A stretch of 64,000 nucleotides of DNA, taken from assembly GCA_038132575.1 (NCBI GenBank), contig JAYPRP010000001.1, positions 78,747 to 142,746 on the forward strand. The letters run 5' to 3'. The position numbers and the translations under genes were made by a program. The DNA comes from Rhodospirillaceae bacterium (GTDB taxonomy: Bacteria; Pseudomonadota; Alphaproteobacteria; UBA6615). Shown one piece after another: positions 44,150 through 55,586 of the stretch; the stretch's first letter is position 1; every line of letters starts with the position of its first letter. The notes beneath the pieces were generated by a model. It was not told where the DNA came from. It was given only the letters and a program-made list of their open reading frames with translations, and did not search any database.

Positions 44150-46990
44150 ATGGCCATTGATTACAAGGACACAGTCTTCCTTCCGAAGACAGAATTTCCG
44201 ATGCGTGCGGGCCTGCCGAAAAAGGAGCCCGCGCTGATCGAGCATTGGGCCAAGCTCGACCTGTTCGCGCGCCAGCGCGCGGAATCGGCGGGACGTCCGC
44301 CCTTCGTGCTGCATGACGGTCCGCCCTATGCGAACGGGCACCTGCATATCGGCCACGCGCTGAACAAGATCCTTAAGGACGTCATCAGCCGCTCCCAGCA
44401 GATGATGGGCAAGGATTCGAACTACGTGCCCGGCTGGGACTGCCACGGCCTGCCCATCGAGTGGAAGATCGAGGAACAGTATCGCGCCGCAGGACAGAAC
44501 AAGGACGATGTCCCGATCCTGGAGTTCCGCAAGGAATGCCGCGAGTTCGCCGCCAAGTGGATTGCGATCCAGTCCGAGGAGTTCCAGCGGCTCGGCGTGA
44601 TCGGCAACTGGGACGATCCGTACACCACCATGGCCTATGCGGCCGAAGCGCAGATTGCTCGTGAGATCGCGAAGTTCGCCATGAATGGCGGGCTCTATCG
44701 CGGTGCCCGCCCGGTCCTTTGGTCGGTGGTCGAGAAAACGGCGCTCGCCGACGCCGAGGTCGAGTACGAGGACCATGTCTCGCCCTCGATCTATGTGCGG
44801 TTTCCCGTGACGTCGGCCGCCGATCCTGCACTGGAGGGCGCGGCGATCGCGATCTGGACGACCACCCCCTGGACGATCCCGGGCAACCGGGCGATCGCGG
44901 CCGGCGCGGAGCTCGCCTATGCGCGAATCCGGGTGAGCGCGGTCTCGGAGAAGAGCCGGGTGCGGGTCGGCGACGAGCTGGTGCTGGCGACCGAACTGCG
45001 TGAGACCGCATGCGCGGAAATGGGCATCGAGGCGTTCGAGGATGTCGCGGATATCCCGGGTACAGCGATCGTGGGCAGCGTCTGCGCCCATCCTCTCGCG
45101 GCCAAGGGTTTCGACCACGAGGTGCCAGTCTTTGCGGGTGACTTCGTGACCATCGAACAGGGCACGGGCTTCGTGCATATCGCACCCAGCCATGGCGAGG
45201 ACGACTTCCATCTGGGGCGCGCGCATGGCCTTCCCGTGCCGGACATGGTCGATGAGGCGGGCTGTTATTTCGAGCATGTGCCGCTGTTCGCCGGCATGGC
45301 GGTGTTGACCCCCGACGGCGAGGAGGGCGAGGCCAACGGTGCCGTCATGAGCGTGCTGGAAGGCGAGGACGCGCTGCTCGGCCGCCGCCGGCTGGAGCAC
45401 TCCTATCCCCATTCCTGGCGGTCCAAGGCGCCGCTCATCTTCCGCAATACCTCGCAGTGGTTCATCTCGATGGAGACGAACGACCTGCGGGACAAGGCGC
45501 TGACCGCCATCTCCGAGACCCGCTTCGTGCCGCCGCAGGGCCAGACACGCCTTCGCTCGATGATCGAGACGCGCCCGGATTGGTGCATCTCGCGTCAACG
45601 CGCCTGGGGTGTGCCCATCCCGGTCTTCGTGCACAAGCAGACCGGTGAGCTGCTGCGCGACCAGGCCGTGTTCGACCGCATCGCGGAGGCCTTCGAGGCG
45701 GAGGGCGGCGACGCCTGGTTCGCGAGTCCGCCCTCGCGGTTCCTGGGCGACGCGTATGACGCGGACGAGTATGAGCAGGTGCGCGACATCGTCGATGTCT
45801 GGTTTGACTCCGGCTCGACCCACGCCTTCGTGCTGGAGGACCGCGACGACCTGCAATGGCCGGCCTCGCTTTATCTCGAGGGCTCTGACCAGCATCGCGG
45901 CTGGTTCCACTCCTCGCTGCTGGAATCGTGCGGCACGCGTGGCCGCGCACCCTACGACGCGGTCCTGACCCATGGCTTCGTGATGGCCGAGGACGGTCGC
46001 AAGATGTCGAAGTCCCGGGGCACCGACGTGTCGCCCCAGGAAACGGTCGAGAGCCTCGGCGCGGACATCCTGCGCATTTGGGTCGTCAGTTCCGATTATT
46101 CCGAGGATCTGCGGCTGGGGCCTGAAATTCTCAAGCACCAGGCCGATCTCTACCGACGCATCCGCAACACGCTGCGTTTCCTGCTCGGTAATCTCGATGG
46201 GTTCGCGGACAGCGAGCGCGTGCCGGCGGCGGAGATGCCCGAACTCGAGCGCTGGGTGCTGCACCGCATCCACGAGATGGACGCGCTGGTGCGGCAGACC
46301 ACGGACGATTTCGAGTTCCACACGCAGTGGACGGCGCTTCACAATTTCTGCGCGGTCGAGCTCTCGGCCTTCTACTTCGACATCCGCAAGGACGCGCTCT
46401 ACTGCGACGCACCGGACAGCCTGCGTCGCCGTGCGGCGCGCACGGTGCTCGACCTGCTGTTCTCTCATCTGACGGCCTGGCTCGCGCCGATCCTTTGTTT
46501 CACCGCCGAGGAGGCGTGGCTGGCGCGGCGTGGTGAAGACGACGTCGAGTCCGTCCATCTGCGCACCTTCCCCGAGGCGCCGGATGCCTGGCGCGACGAT
46601 GTGCTGGCGGCGAAGTGGGAAAAGGTCCGAAGCCTGCGCCGGGTCGTGACCGGCGCGCTCGAGATCGAGCGCGCGGAGAAACGTATCGGATCCAGCCTCC
46701 AGGCCGCGCCGACGGTGTACGCCGACGCCGACACCGTCGCGGCAATGGCCGGCCTCGATCTGGCGGAGATCGCGATCACGTCCGGTGGCAGCCTCGTCGA
46801 GGGTGCTGGGCCGGACGATGCGTTCCGGCTGCCGGATGTCGATGTGGTCGCCGTGGTCCCCGGCCAGGCCGAGGGCGAGAAATGTGCCCGCTGCTGGCAG
46901 GTGCTTCCGGATGTGGGTGCACATGCCCACCCGGATGTCTGTGCGCGTTGCGCGGCGGCGGTCGACGGCCAGCAGGAGGCCGCCGAGTAG
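44150..46990 (+). CDS. ileS: Isoleucine--tRNA ligase
   Basis: ORF 44150..46990. HIGH-type PYANGHLHIGHAL, KMSKS, and a C-terminal CxxC...CxxC zinc motif. Confidence 0.95.
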   Translation: MAIDYKDTVFLPKTEFPMRAGLPKKEPALIEHWAKLDLFARQRAESAGRPPFVLHDGPPYANGHLHIGHALNKILKDVISRSQQMMGKDSNYVPGWDCHGLPIEWKIEEQYRAAGQNKDDVPILEFRKECREFAAKWIAIQSEEFQRLGVIGNWDDPYTTMAYAAEAQIAREIAKFAMNGGLYRGARPVLWSVVEKTALADAEVEYEDHVSPSIYVRFPVTSAADPALEGAAIAIWTTTPWTIPGNRAIAAGAELAYARIRVSAVSEKSRVRVGDELVLATELRETACAEMGIEAFEDVADIPGTAIVGSVCAHPLAAKGFDHEVPVFAGDFVTIEQGTGFVHIAPSHGEDDFHLGRAHGLPVPDMVDEAGCYFEHVPLFAGMAVLTPDGEEGEANGAVMSVLEGEDALLGRRRLEHSYPHSWRSKAPLIFRNTSQWFISMETNDLRDKALTAISETRFVPPQGQTRLRSMIETRPDWCISRQRAWGVPIPVFVHKQTGELLRDQAVFDRIAEAFEAEGGDAWFASPPSRFLGDAYDADEYEQVRDIVDVWFDSGSTHAFVLEDRDDLQWPASLYLEGSDQHRGWFHSSLLESCGTRGRAPYDAVLTHGFVMAEDGRKMSKSRGTDVSPQETVESLGADILRIWVVSSDYSEDLRLGPEILKHQADLYRRIRNTLRFLLGNLDGFADSERVPAAEMPELERWVLHRIHEMDALVRQTTDDFEFHTQWTALHNFCAVELSAFYFDIRKDALYCDAPDSLRRRAARTVLDLLFSHLTAWLAPILCFTAEEAWLARRGEDDVESVHLRTFPEAPDAWRDDVLAAKWEKVRSLRRVVTGALEIERAEKRIGSSLQAAPTVYADADTVAAMAGLDLAEIAITSGGSLVEGAGPDDAFRLPDVDVVAVVPGQAEGEKCARCWQVLPDVGAHAHPDVCARCAAAVDGQQEAAE

Positions 46991-47002
46991 GCGGGTGATA
47001 TC

Positions 47003-47473
47003 GTGATATCGCAATGGGCCCTGCTCTTTGTCGTTGCGCTGATCGCGGTCGATCAAGCGCTCAAGCGGGTGATGCTGGGCCTCGTCTTCGATCCGCCCGA
47101 AATCGTCTCCGTAACCTCCTTCTTCAATCTCGTGCCCGTCTGGAACCGCGGGATCAGCTTCGGACTGTTCGGAGGCGCGGAGACGTCGCGCTGGATCCTG
47201 GTTGCGCTCGCTCTGGTCATCGTGGCGATGCTGCTCGTCTGGCTCGCCCGGTCCGGGCAGGGAATCGTGCGGTTCGCCCTTTTGCTCGTGATCGGCGGCG
47301 CCCTGAGCAACGTGATCGACCGCGTGATTTATGGCGCGGTGATCGATTTCATCGACATTCACGGGTTCGGCTGGCACTGGCCTGCGTTCAATATCGCGGA
47401 CACGGCCATCGTCGTGGGCACCGCGATGCTCCTGTACGACGGCTTGTTCGGTTCCCCGCGTGCGCTAAAATAG
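47003..47473 (+). CDS. lspA: Lipoprotein signal peptidase (signal peptidase II)
   Basis: ORF 47003..47473 (GTG start). NRGISFG, GGALSNVIDR, FNIAD motifs. Confidence 0.85.
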   Translation: MISQWALLFVVALIAVDQALKRVMLGLVFDPPEIVSVTSFFNLVPVWNRGISFGLFGGAETSRWILVALALVIVAMLLVWLARSGQGIVRFALLLVIGGALSNVIDRVIYGAVIDFIDIHGFGWHWPAFNIADTAIVVGTAMLLYDGLFGSPRALK

Positions 47474-47525
47474 AGGCATGGATTCGCTTCGCGATTCCGG
47501 CGACGAACTGACGGACAGGGTCTGA

Positions 47526-48146
47526 ATGTTTGAACGATCGACACGCGCTGACCGCACACCGCGCGGCCTGGTACTACTCGTGGCCGCGGCCATGACGCTT
47601 GCGGCGTGCGGCGATTCGACCAAGCGCGCCCTCGGTTTGCAACGCACGCCGCCGGACGAGTTCGCCGTGGTGCCGCGCGCGCCGCTGTCCCAGCCGCCCG
47701 ATTTCAAGCTGCGCCCGCCGCGTCCCGGTGCGGAGGACCTGACCACCGTTTCGACGCGCGAACAGGCGCGGCAGGCGGTTTTCCGTGGAGACGACGACAC
47801 CCGAAGCACGCGCGGCAACGCGGGCCCTGCGGCCCAGCCGGCGCCACGCGCGGGTGTGCAGTCCGCGACGCCCGGTGAATCGGCATTCCTCGCTCGCGCC
47901 GGCGCGCTGGAAACCGATCCGTTGATCCGCAGCCAGATTGACCGAGAGACCTCGGTCCTGAAGGACGAGAATCAGAACTTCGTCCGCGCACTTCTGGGGC
48001 TGAAACAGGATGCCGTCGACGACGTGGTCGATGCGCCGGAGGAATCGCGCCGGTTGCGTGAGAACCAGGCGCTCGGCGTTCCGCCGACCGAGGGCGAGGT
48101 GCCGACGATTTCGCGCACGCGCAACAGCCTGCTCGATATCTTCTAG
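47526..48146 (+). CDS. Lipoprotein, resembles the DUF3035 family that often follows lspA in Alphaproteobacteria (from memory)
   Basis: ORF 47526..48146. Lipobox LAAC. Conserved-looking PPDEFAVVPRAPL. Confidence 0.65.
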   Translation: MFERSTRADRTPRGLVLLVAAAMTLAACGDSTKRALGLQRTPPDEFAVVPRAPLSQPPDFKLRPPRPGAEDLTTVSTREQARQAVFRGDDDTRSTRGNAGPAAQPAPRAGVQSATPGESAFLARAGALETDPLIRSQIDRETSVLKDENQNFVRALLGLKQDAVDDVVDAPEESRRLRENQALGVPPTEGEVPTISRTRNSLLDIF

Positions 48147-48281
48147 TCCGGGCCGAGCCGCCCAATTTTCGCCAAATGTCGCGTTAAAGTGACCGCCGCG
48201 TCCGGATTCGTCGTTGCGGACGCGCCCAGGCGCGCCATATCTGGCATGCACCCGATCGGTCCGCCGAAAGGAACGGAACCA

Positions 48282-49646
48282 ATGATTTTGCCCTTCCGCC
48301 TCCCGGCCATCCGCGCGATGGCATTGCCACTGGCCCTGCTCGCGCTGCTTGCGGATGGAGCCGAGGCGCAGGTTTTCGACCCGACCACCTTCGAGCTCGA
48401 CAATGGCATGCAGGTGGTGGTGGTTGAGAATCACCGTGCCCCCGTTGTGGCCCACATGGTCTGGTACAAGGCCGGCGCGGCGGACGAACCGGCGGGAAAA
48501 TCCGGCATCGCGCACTATCTTGAGCACCTGATGTTCAAGGGTACCGAGACACGCGCGCCGGGCGAATTCTCCCGGATCATCGCCGACATCGGCGGCCGCG
48601 AGAACGCGTTCACCTCCCAGGACTACACGGGATACTTTCAGACCGTCGCGCCGCAGCATCTCGGGCTCATGATGGAGCTGGAGGCGGACCGGATGACAGG
48701 TCTCGTCCTGACTGATGCGATCATCGAGCCGGAGCGCAAGGTGATCCTCGAGGAACGCCGGTCGCGGACCGACAACAATCCGCGTTCGCTCCTGTCCGAG
48801 CAGGTCGCGGCGGCCACCTGGCTCAATCATCCCTACAGGCTTCCGATCATCGGCTGGGCGCACGAAATCGAGACCATCACGCGTGCCGATCTCGAGGACT
48901 TCTATGAGACATGGTACGCCCCCAACAACGCCGTCCTCGTGGTGTCGGGCGATGTCGATCCGGAGAAGGTCCGCCGGCTCGCCGAGGAGACCTATGGGAA
49001 GATTCCGACACGGACGCTGCCCCCACGTGTCCGGCCGGTCGAGCCGCCGCAGATCGCGCCGCGCGAGGTCGTGATGCGCGACGCCCGCGTGAACCAGCCA
49101 TCCTGGTCGCGTCGCTATCTCGCCCCCAGCTACGTGGCGGGCGACACCGAACACGCCTATGCGCTCGAACTCCTTGCGGAGATTTTCGGCGGCAGCGCCA
49201 CGGGCCGGATCTATCGATCGGTTGTTGCCGAGCAGGCGCTCGCGGCCTCCGCGGGGGCCTGGTACTCGCCCGGCGAACTCGATCTCACGACCTTCGGGCT
49301 CTGGTTTACCCCGCGGCCCGGCGTCTCGGTCGAGGCTGTGCGCACCGCCATGGACGCACAGGTTGCAACCCTGCTCGAGACAGGGATCACCGAAGATGAG
49401 TTGTCTCGTGCGAAGCAGCGTCTGATTGACAGCGCCATCTTCGCCCGGGATAGCGTTGGCGGTCCCGCGCGTGTGTTCGGTGCCGCGTTGACGACGGGCC
49501 AGACGGTCGCGGACGTCGAGGCCTGGCCCGACAGGATACGTGCGGTGACTGTCGATCAGGTCAACGCCGCGGCGCGTACGGTGTTCGATATCAACCGTTC
49601 GACGACCGGCATCCTGCTGCCGGCCGAGGGAGAGAGCCGGACATGA
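48282..49646 (+). CDS. M16 family zinc peptidase, catalytic subunit
   Basis: ORF 48189..49646. ATG 48282 with signal peptide. HxxEH motif HYLEHLMFKG. Confidence 0.85.
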   Translation: MILPFRLPAIRAMALPLALLALLADGAEAQVFDPTTFELDNGMQVVVVENHRAPVVAHMVWYKAGAADEPAGKSGIAHYLEHLMFKGTETRAPGEFSRIIADIGGRENAFTSQDYTGYFQTVAPQHLGLMMELEADRMTGLVLTDAIIEPERKVILEERRSRTDNNPRSLLSEQVAAATWLNHPYRLPIIGWAHEIETITRADLEDFYETWYAPNNAVLVVSGDVDPEKVRRLAEETYGKIPTRTLPPRVRPVEPPQIAPREVVMRDARVNQPSWSRRYLAPSYVAGDTEHAYALELLAEIFGGSATGRIYRSVVAEQALAASAGAWYSPGELDLTTFGLWFTPRPGVSVEAVRTAMDAQVATLLETGITEDELSRAKQRLIDSAIFARDSVGGPARVFGAALTTGQTVADVEAWPDRIRAVTVDQVNAAARTVFDINRSTTGILLPAEGESRT

Positions 49647-51019
49647 AACCTGTCATGATCGCAAATGCCGCGCGCGGCGCTGTTGCGTTGTCGCTCGGCC
49701 TGTTTTTGATCGCTGCCGCGGTGGTGGGCGTGTCTTCGGCGCGCGCGTTCGACATCCAGCGTGTCATCAGCCCCGGCGGGATCGAAGCCTGGCTGGTGGA
49801 GGACCGGACCCTGCCGATCGTCTCCGCGCGTTTCATGTTTCCCGGCGGCGCGGCGACCGACCCGGCGGGCAAGGAGGGGCTGGCGAACCTGGTGTCGGGT
49901 CTGCTGGACGAGGGGGCGGGAGAACTTAACTCCGAAGCCTTCCAGCGGCGGCTCGCAGACCAGTCCATCTCCCTGTCCTTCAGTGCCTCGCTCGACGGGT
50001 TTTCCGGCAACCTGAAGACGCTCAGCCGCAACCGCGACGAGGCATTTGACCTTCTGCGGCTCGCCGTGACCCAGCCGCGTTTCGATGCCCGGGCCGTCGA
50101 ACGTATCCGCGCCCAGGTTCTGGCCGGCCTTGCCGCGCGGGTCAACGACCCGAACCGGATCGCGCAGCAGACCTTCCGCGAAGCGGTCTTCGGCGACCAT
50201 CCCTACAGCCGTCCGGTGTCCGGAACGCCCGAGAGCGTCGCCGCGATCACCGAGACGGATCTCCGGACCTTCGTTGCCCGACGCCTCGCGCGCAGCGCAC
50301 TGATCATCGGCGTGGTGGGCGACATTTCTGCGGCGGAGCTGGGCCCGTTGCTGGATGCGACCTTCGGCGACCTGCCGGAACGGGCGGAGGCGTTCACCAT
50401 TCCGCGTGCGGAGCCCGATGCCGCAGGTGAGGTGATCGTGGTCGAGCGCGACAATCCCCAGAGCCGGGTGGTGTTCGGTCATCGCGGCATCTACCGGGAC
50501 GACCCGGATTACTACGCCGCGACGGTGCTGAACCATGTGCTCGGTGGGGGCAGCTTCACGTCGCGCCTGTATGACGAGGTGCGCGAGAAGCGCGGCCTAG
50601 CCTACTCGGTTTACAGCTATCTCTGGCCGCTTCAGAACGGCGCAATGTGGATGGGCGGTGTCGGCACCGAGAATGCCGCCGTCGACCAGTCGATAGACCT
50701 GATACGCGGGCAGTGGGCCAACACCCGGGAGTTCGCGATTTCCCAGGACGAGCTCGACCGGGCGAAGGCGAACCTGATCGGTTCATTCGGCCTGCGCTTC
50801 GACAACAGCTCGCGGATCGCGGCGACCCTCGTGGCGGTGCAGTTTCGCGACCTCGGGATCGATTTCCTCAACCGTCGCAACGACCTGATCGCGGCGGTGA
50901 ACCTCGAGGATGTCAAACGCGTCGCTGCCGAGCTCCTAGACCCTGCGGGGTTGACCGTGGTGGTGGTGGGCAAGCCCGACGGCGTGACGGCAACGCAGAC
51001 GATTTCCGAAGGCGGCTGA
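49643..51019 (+). CDS. M16 family peptidase, non-catalytic partner (no HxxEH)
   Basis: ORF 49643..51019 overlaps the previous stop by 4 nt. M16 fold text but lacks the zinc motif. Confidence 0.8.
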   Translation: MKPVMIANAARGAVALSLGLFLIAAAVVGVSSARAFDIQRVISPGGIEAWLVEDRTLPIVSARFMFPGGAATDPAGKEGLANLVSGLLDEGAGELNSEAFQRRLADQSISLSFSASLDGFSGNLKTLSRNRDEAFDLLRLAVTQPRFDARAVERIRAQVLAGLAARVNDPNRIAQQTFREAVFGDHPYSRPVSGTPESVAAITETDLRTFVARRLARSALIIGVVGDISAAELGPLLDATFGDLPERAEAFTIPRAEPDAAGEVIVVERDNPQSRVVFGHRGIYRDDPDYYAATVLNHVLGGGSFTSRLYDEVREKRGLAYSVYSYLWPLQNGAMWMGGVGTENAAVDQSIDLIRGQWANTREFAISQDELDRAKANLIGSFGLRFDNSSRIAATLVAVQFRDLGIDFLNRRNDLIAAVNLEDVKRVAAELLDPAGLTVVVVGKPDGVTATQTISEGG

Positions 51020-51139
51020 TCCCGTCGCGCAGGCCCCGGACGTTCTCCGACTCGCCCGAATTGTCCACAATGTGCGGGATTGCCGCCGGTCCGGCGGTCG
51101 ACGCAAACTGCCGGCCCGGGCGAGGATGACGGGACCCGC

Positions 51140-52435
51140 ATGTCAGAAATCTACAAGCAGGATGTCAGCGGCTGCATGGCCGATGCGATCGGCGATGGAG
51201 GCCTTTCGGAAGGTTCGCTCGCGTCCGCGCGCACGGCGGCGTGGGATGTCTGGCAGGCGGTGCGTGACGACATGGCCGACGGCGGGTTTCCAGCGGTCTC
51301 CATCGCCACGCAGGACAAAGACATTGCGGAGATAGAGGCCGCCGTCGCCCGCCTGTCGGGTCACTGCGACACGGTGGCCGTGATCGGCGTCGGCGGGTCC
51401 AGTCTCGGCGCGGAGGCGCTGTGCGCGCTGGCTTCCACCCCGCCCGTGGATGTTCGATTTCTCAACAACCCGGACCCCGAATCCCTCGCGCGGTTCCGCG
51501 CATCGGTGGACCTGGCCCGGACGGGGGCGGTCGTCGTCTCGAAATCCGGTGGTACGGCGGAAACCCTCGCTCTTGCCATGACGCTTCTGCCGGACATCGC
51601 AGGCCGGCGAGGGAACGATGTGGCGGCGGACTATGCGGTCGCAATCACCGAACCGGGTAACAACCCCCTGCTGCGGCTCGCCGAGAACTGGGATGTACCC
51701 GTCGTTGCGCATCCGGTCGATATCGGCGGGCGCTATTCGGCCCTGAGCGCGGTCGGGTTGCTGCCCGCCGCGCTGGCCGGCGTTGACATCGTAGCGGTGC
51801 GGGCCGGCGCGGCCGAGGCGCTGGAGCTCAATCTGGCGGGCGACGACATCGAGGGTGTGCCCGCCGCGCTGGGCGCAGCTGTTTCGCTCGCGCTTCTGCA
51901 GAGCCGGGGCGCGCGCATGAGCGTCCTGATGCCCTATGCGGATGCGTTGGCGCCGCTTGCGCGCTGGCATCGTCAGCTCTGGGCCGAAAGCGTGGGCAAG
52001 GGCGGCCATGGCACGACACCTATCGATGCGCTTGGTGCGGTCGATCAGCACAGCCAGCTCCAGCTCTATCTCGACGGTCCCGACGACAAGATGTTCACGA
52101 TCATCGCCCAGCCCCTGGCGGGGCGCGGAGACCGCGTGCCGCCGGACCTGGCAACCTTGGCCGGCGCGGATTACCTGGCGGGACACACGACCGGCGATCT
52201 CATGGCGGCGGAACAGGAGGCGACAATCGAAAGCCTCATGGCCCATGGACGCCCGGTGCGCCGGATAGACGTGGCGCGGGTGGACGCGGCGGCGGTCGGC
52301 GCGCTGATGGCGCACTTCATGCTCGAGACGGTCACCGCCTGCTTCATGCTCGGGCTCGATCCCTTCGACCAGCCGGCGGTGGACGACGGCAAGGCGCGCG
52401 CCCGTGCGCGTCTCACCGCGGCGGCAACGTCATGA
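51140..52435 (+). CDS. pgi: Glucose-6-phosphate isomerase (short SIS-domain type)
   Basis: ORF 51080..52435. ATG 51140. [33 protein letters not shown] motifs. Confidence 0.75.
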   Translation: MSEIYKQDVSGCMADAIGDGGLSEGSLASARTAAWDVWQAVRDDMADGGFPAVSIATQDKDIAEIEAAVARLSGHCDTVAVIGVGGSSLGAEALCALASTPPVDVRFLNNPDPESLARFRASVDLARTGAVVVSKSGGTAETLALAMTLLPDIAGRRGNDVAADYAVAITEPGNNPLLRLAENWDVPVVAHPVDIGGRYSALSAVGLLPAALAGVDIVAVRAGAAEALELNLAGDDIEGVPAALGAAVSLALLQSRGARMSVLMPYADALAPLARWHRQLWAESVGKGGHGTTPIDALGAVDQHSQLQLYLDGPDDKMFTIIAQPLAGRGDRVPPDLATLAGADYLAGHTTGDLMAAEQEATIESLMAHGRPVRRIDVARVDAAAVGALMAHFMLETVTACFMLGLDPFDQPAVDDGKARARARLTAAATS

Positions 52436-54276
52436 CCATTCGCCGCCTGCCCGAGACCATCGTCAACCAGATCGCCGCCGGCGAGGTGATCGAGCGCCCG
52501 GCATCGGCCGTGAAGGAACTGGTCGAGAACGCGATCGACGCCGGCGCCCGGCAGATCGATGTGGTGTTGCGTGATGGCGGTCGCACGCTGATCTCGGTGA
52601 GCGACGACGGGTCGGGCATGACGCCGGAAGAGCTCCGCCTGGCGGTGGAGCGGCACGCGACGTCGAAATTGCCGGACGACGACCTGACCCATATCGCGAC
52701 CCTCGGTTTTCGCGGAGAGGCGCTGCCGTCGATCGGCTCGGTGAGCCGTCTGACGATTGCGTCCCGCGTGGCGGGCGCGGACGGCTGGCAGATCCGCGTC
52801 GAAGGGGGGCGTGTCCACGACGTGCAGCCGGCGCCGCTCGGCAGCGGCACCCGTGTCGAGGTGCGTGACCTTTTCTATGCCACGCCTGCGCGTCTCAAGT
52901 TTCTCAAGACCGAACGGACCGAGATGGATCATGCGGTCGATACGGTACAGCGGCTTGCCATGGCCCATCCGGCAATCGGGTTCACCATTGGCGACGGCGA
53001 GCGGGAGCGCTTTGCGAGCGCGGCGAGGGCGGACCTGGGTGGCGCGGATGACGCGCGGCTGCGCCGGCTTGGCGACGTGATGGGCCGTGAGTTTGCCGAG
53101 AACGCGCTTGCGATCGACGCCGAACGCGACGGCATCCGGCTTGTCGGGCATGCGGGCCTGCCGACCCTCAATCGCAACACCACGAAGCACCAGTATCTGT
53201 TCGTGAATGGCCGGCCGGTGCGCGACAGGTTGCTGACCGGCGCGGTCCGCGGCGCGTACCAGGATTTGCTCGCCCGAGGCCGCCATCCGCTTGTCGCCCT
53301 GTTCGTCGAGATCGATCCGGAGCTGGTGGATGTGAACGTGCATCCGGCGAAGGCCGAGGTACGGTTCCGCGATCCCGGGATGGTCCGTGGGCTGATCGTC
53401 GGCGGGTTGCGTCACGCGCTGGCCGAGGCCGGGCACCGGGCGTCGACAACGGTCGCGGATGCGGCACTGGGTGCCTTCCGGCCTGGTATCGCGCCGGCAC
53501 CCGCCGGCGGATTTGGCGGTAGTGCGCGCGGCTTCGGCGGCGGCCGCGTGCCGAGCGGGCTTGCCGAGGCGGCGGCGCAGTATTTCGCTCCGCAGGAGAC
53601 CGCCGGGACAATCCCCGGGCTTGACGCGGCCCCCGCCGCGGTCGCCCATGACGGCCAGGTTTCCGAAGATACGGACGGCTTGGCCGCGCAGGTTTCCTAT
53701 CCCCTTGGCGCGGCCCAGGCCCAGCTCCACGAGACCTACATCGTCGCCCAGACGGCCGAGGGACTCGTGATCGTCGATCAGCATGCGGCCCACGAGCGCC
53801 TCGTCTACGAGCGCATGAAGGCGGCACTGGCGAATGGCGGGGTTACGCGTCAGGGATTGTTGCTGCCAGAGGTGGTTGATCTCGACGAGCCGGCGGCCGA
53901 CCGGCTCGCGGCCCGGGCGGACGAACTCGCCGAGCTGGGGCTGGTCCTCGAGAAGTTCGGCTCGGGCGCGGTGGTCGTGCGCGAGGTCCCGGCGCTTCTC
54001 GGCCAGTCAGATGTGGCCGGCCTGGTGCGCGATCTGGCCGACGATCTGTCGGAGATCGGCGCGGCCCATTCGCTCAAGGAGCGGCTCGACGATGTGTGCA
54101 GCACGCTCGCGTGCCACGGCAGCGTGCGCGCGGGGCGCCGGCTCAACCGCGACGAGATGAATGCGCTTTTGCGCGAGATGGAAGTGACGCCCCATGCGGG
54201 CCAGTGCAACCATGGCCGCCCGACCTATGTCGAGCTGAACCTCGCCGATATCGAGCGGCTGTTCGGCCGGCGCTGA
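52432..54276 (+). CDS. mutL: DNA mismatch repair protein MutL
   Basis: ORF 52432..54276. [35 protein letters not shown]-terminal dimerisation region ends CNHGRPT. Confidence 0.95.
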   Translation: MTIRRLPETIVNQIAAGEVIERPASAVKELVENAIDAGARQIDVVLRDGGRTLISVSDDGSGMTPEELRLAVERHATSKLPDDDLTHIATLGFRGEALPSIGSVSRLTIASRVAGADGWQIRVEGGRVHDVQPAPLGSGTRVEVRDLFYATPARLKFLKTERTEMDHAVDTVQRLAMAHPAIGFTIGDGERERFASAARADLGGADDARLRRLGDVMGREFAENALAIDAERDGIRLVGHAGLPTLNRNTTKHQYLFVNGRPVRDRLLTGAVRGAYQDLLARGRHPLVALFVEIDPELVDVNVHPAKAEVRFRDPGMVRGLIVGGLRHALAEAGHRASTTVADAALGAFRPGIAPAPAGGFGGSARGFGGGRVPSGLAEAAAQYFAPQETAGTIPGLDAAPAAVAHDGQVSEDTDGLAAQVSYPLGAAQAQLHETYIVAQTAEGLVIVDQHAAHERLVYERMKAALANGGVTRQGLLLPEVVDLDEPAADRLAARADELAELGLVLEKFGSGAVVVREVPALLGQSDVAGLVRDLADDLSEIGAAHSLKERLDDVCSTLACHGSVRAGRRLNRDEMNALLREMEVTPHAGQCNHGRPTYVELNLADIERLFGRR

Positions 54277-54281
54277 CGCAC

Positions 54282-54845
54282 CTATCCCGACCGGACGAGA
54301 AAGTGGAGCGTCGTCTCGCCGTAGCTCCGCGCATCGACGGTATCGAAACCGGGCACATCGTTGAGGGCGACCCCGCGCCGGGTCTCGACCACGCACAGTC
54401 CACCTTCCGCGATCCAGCCGCTTGCGGCCAGCGCGGCGGGCGCTGTTTGCGCGATGTCGCTGTCGTAGGGCGGGTCGAGGAGTACGATCTCGCATGGTGT
54501 ACCCGGTGTCGGCCGCGTGACATCCATACGCCGGACCTCGGCCCGGTTCGCGAGGTCGAGGATGTCGAGATTGGCCTCGATCTGGCGAAGCGCAGCCCGG
54601 TCGGTGTCGAGGAAGACCGCTTGTGCCGCGCCGCGCGACAACGCCTCGATCCCCAGCGCGCCGGACCCGGCACAGCCGTCCAGCACACGTGCCCCCGCGA
54701 TCTCGACGATGTCGCCGCTCGCGATGATGTTGAAGAGCGATTCGCGGATGTGGTCCCCGGTCGGACGTGCGCCCAGCGGAATCTCGATACGCCGGCCCCG
54801 GTGGCTGCCGCCGATGATGCGCAGGCGTCCGGGTCGTGATCTCAT
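54282..54845 (-). CDS. rsmD: 16S rRNA (guanine966-N2)-methyltransferase
   Basis: ORF 54282..54845. LRIIGG..RGR, DGCAGSGALGIEALSRGA, DPPY. Confidence 0.85.
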   Translation of the reverse strand: MRSRPGRLRIIGGSHRGRRIEIPLGARPTGDHIRESLFNIIASGDIVEIAGARVLDGCAGSGALGIEALSRGAAQAVFLDTDRAALRQIEANLDILDLANRAEVRRMDVTRPTPGTPCEIVLLDPPYDSDIAQTAPAALAASGWIAEGGLCVVETRRGVALNDVPGFDTVDARSYGETTLHFLVRSG

Positions 54846-55573
54846 GTGCGCGGCAGCTGCTCGGCGAGAATCTTCGGCGCGACCTCCTGCACATGCCCGC
54901 GCGGCAGCTTGCCGAGCTGGAAGGGGCCGTAGCCGGTGCGGATCAGCCGGTTCACCGTGTAGCCAAGATGCTCCATCAGCCGCCGCACCTCGCGGTTCTT
55001 GCCCTCGCGGATCGAGATGGTCAGCCAGGCGTTGCTGCCGACCTGGCGTTCGAGGGTGGCCCGGGCCGGGCGGAACCGGGTGCCGTCGATCTCGACGCCA
55101 CGCTCAAGTTTCGCAAGCGCGTCCGCCGCGATCCGGCCGTGTACGCGAACCCGGTACTGGCGGAGCCAGCCCGTGGCGGGCAGTTCGAGCCGGCGCGCCA
55201 GTTCGCCGTCATTCGTCAGGAGCAGCAGCCCCTCGGAGTTCATGTCGAGGCGGCCGACCGGCTTCGCGTTGGCCAGTTCCGCCGGCAGCGCCTCGAAGAT
55301 CGTCGGCCGGCCTTCGGGGTCACGGTGGGTGGTCAGCCGCCCCTGGGGCTTGTGATAGCACCAGACGCGGGCGGCTTCGCGCGCCGGCAGGGGCTCGCCG
55401 TTGATCCGGATGTCAGCGTCGGCGGGCACGTTCAGCGCCGGGGAATCGACCGGCTTGCCGTCGAGGGTGACACGCCCATCTGCGATCCAGCGCTCGGCCT
55501 CGCGACGCGAGGATACGCCGGCTCGCGCGATGACCTTGGCGATACGCTCGCCCCGGGGTGTATCGGACGTCAT
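54842..55573 (-). CDS. Pseudouridine synthase, RsuA/RluB family, with S4 domain
   Basis: ORF 54842..55573. S4 text RIAKVIARAGVSSRREAE and catalytic GRLDMNSEGLLLLTNDG. Confidence 0.85.
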   Translation of the reverse strand: MTSDTPRGERIAKVIARAGVSSRREAERWIADGRVTLDGKPVDSPALNVPADADIRINGEPLPAREAARVWCYHKPQGRLTTHRDPEGRPTIFEALPAELANAKPVGRLDMNSEGLLLLTNDGELARRLELPATGWLRQYRVRVHGRIAADALAKLERGVEIDGTRFRPARATLERQVGSNAWLTISIREGKNREVRRLMEHLGYTVNRLIRTGYGPFQLGKLPRGHVQEVAPKILAEQLPRT

Positions 55574-55586
55574 GGCCGGTCCAGGG

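Noticed and set aside
46994-47010. An 8-bp tandem duplication GTGATATC-GTGATATC spanning the lspA GTG start.
   Set aside because: It is very short. The first copy opens only a 3-codon frame (V-I-S-stop). It is probably a trivial duplication, and I have no evidence of regulatory use.
44117-47377. A 1086-aa stop-free ORF antisense to the whole of ileS.
   Set aside because: It lies in the exact codon-complement frame of ileS. Its stops would therefore correspond to sense codons TTA, CTA and TCA, which this GC-rich gene simply does not use. The translation is Arg/Asp/Gly/Pro-rich low-complexity text with no motifs. It is a shadow ORF caused by codon bias.
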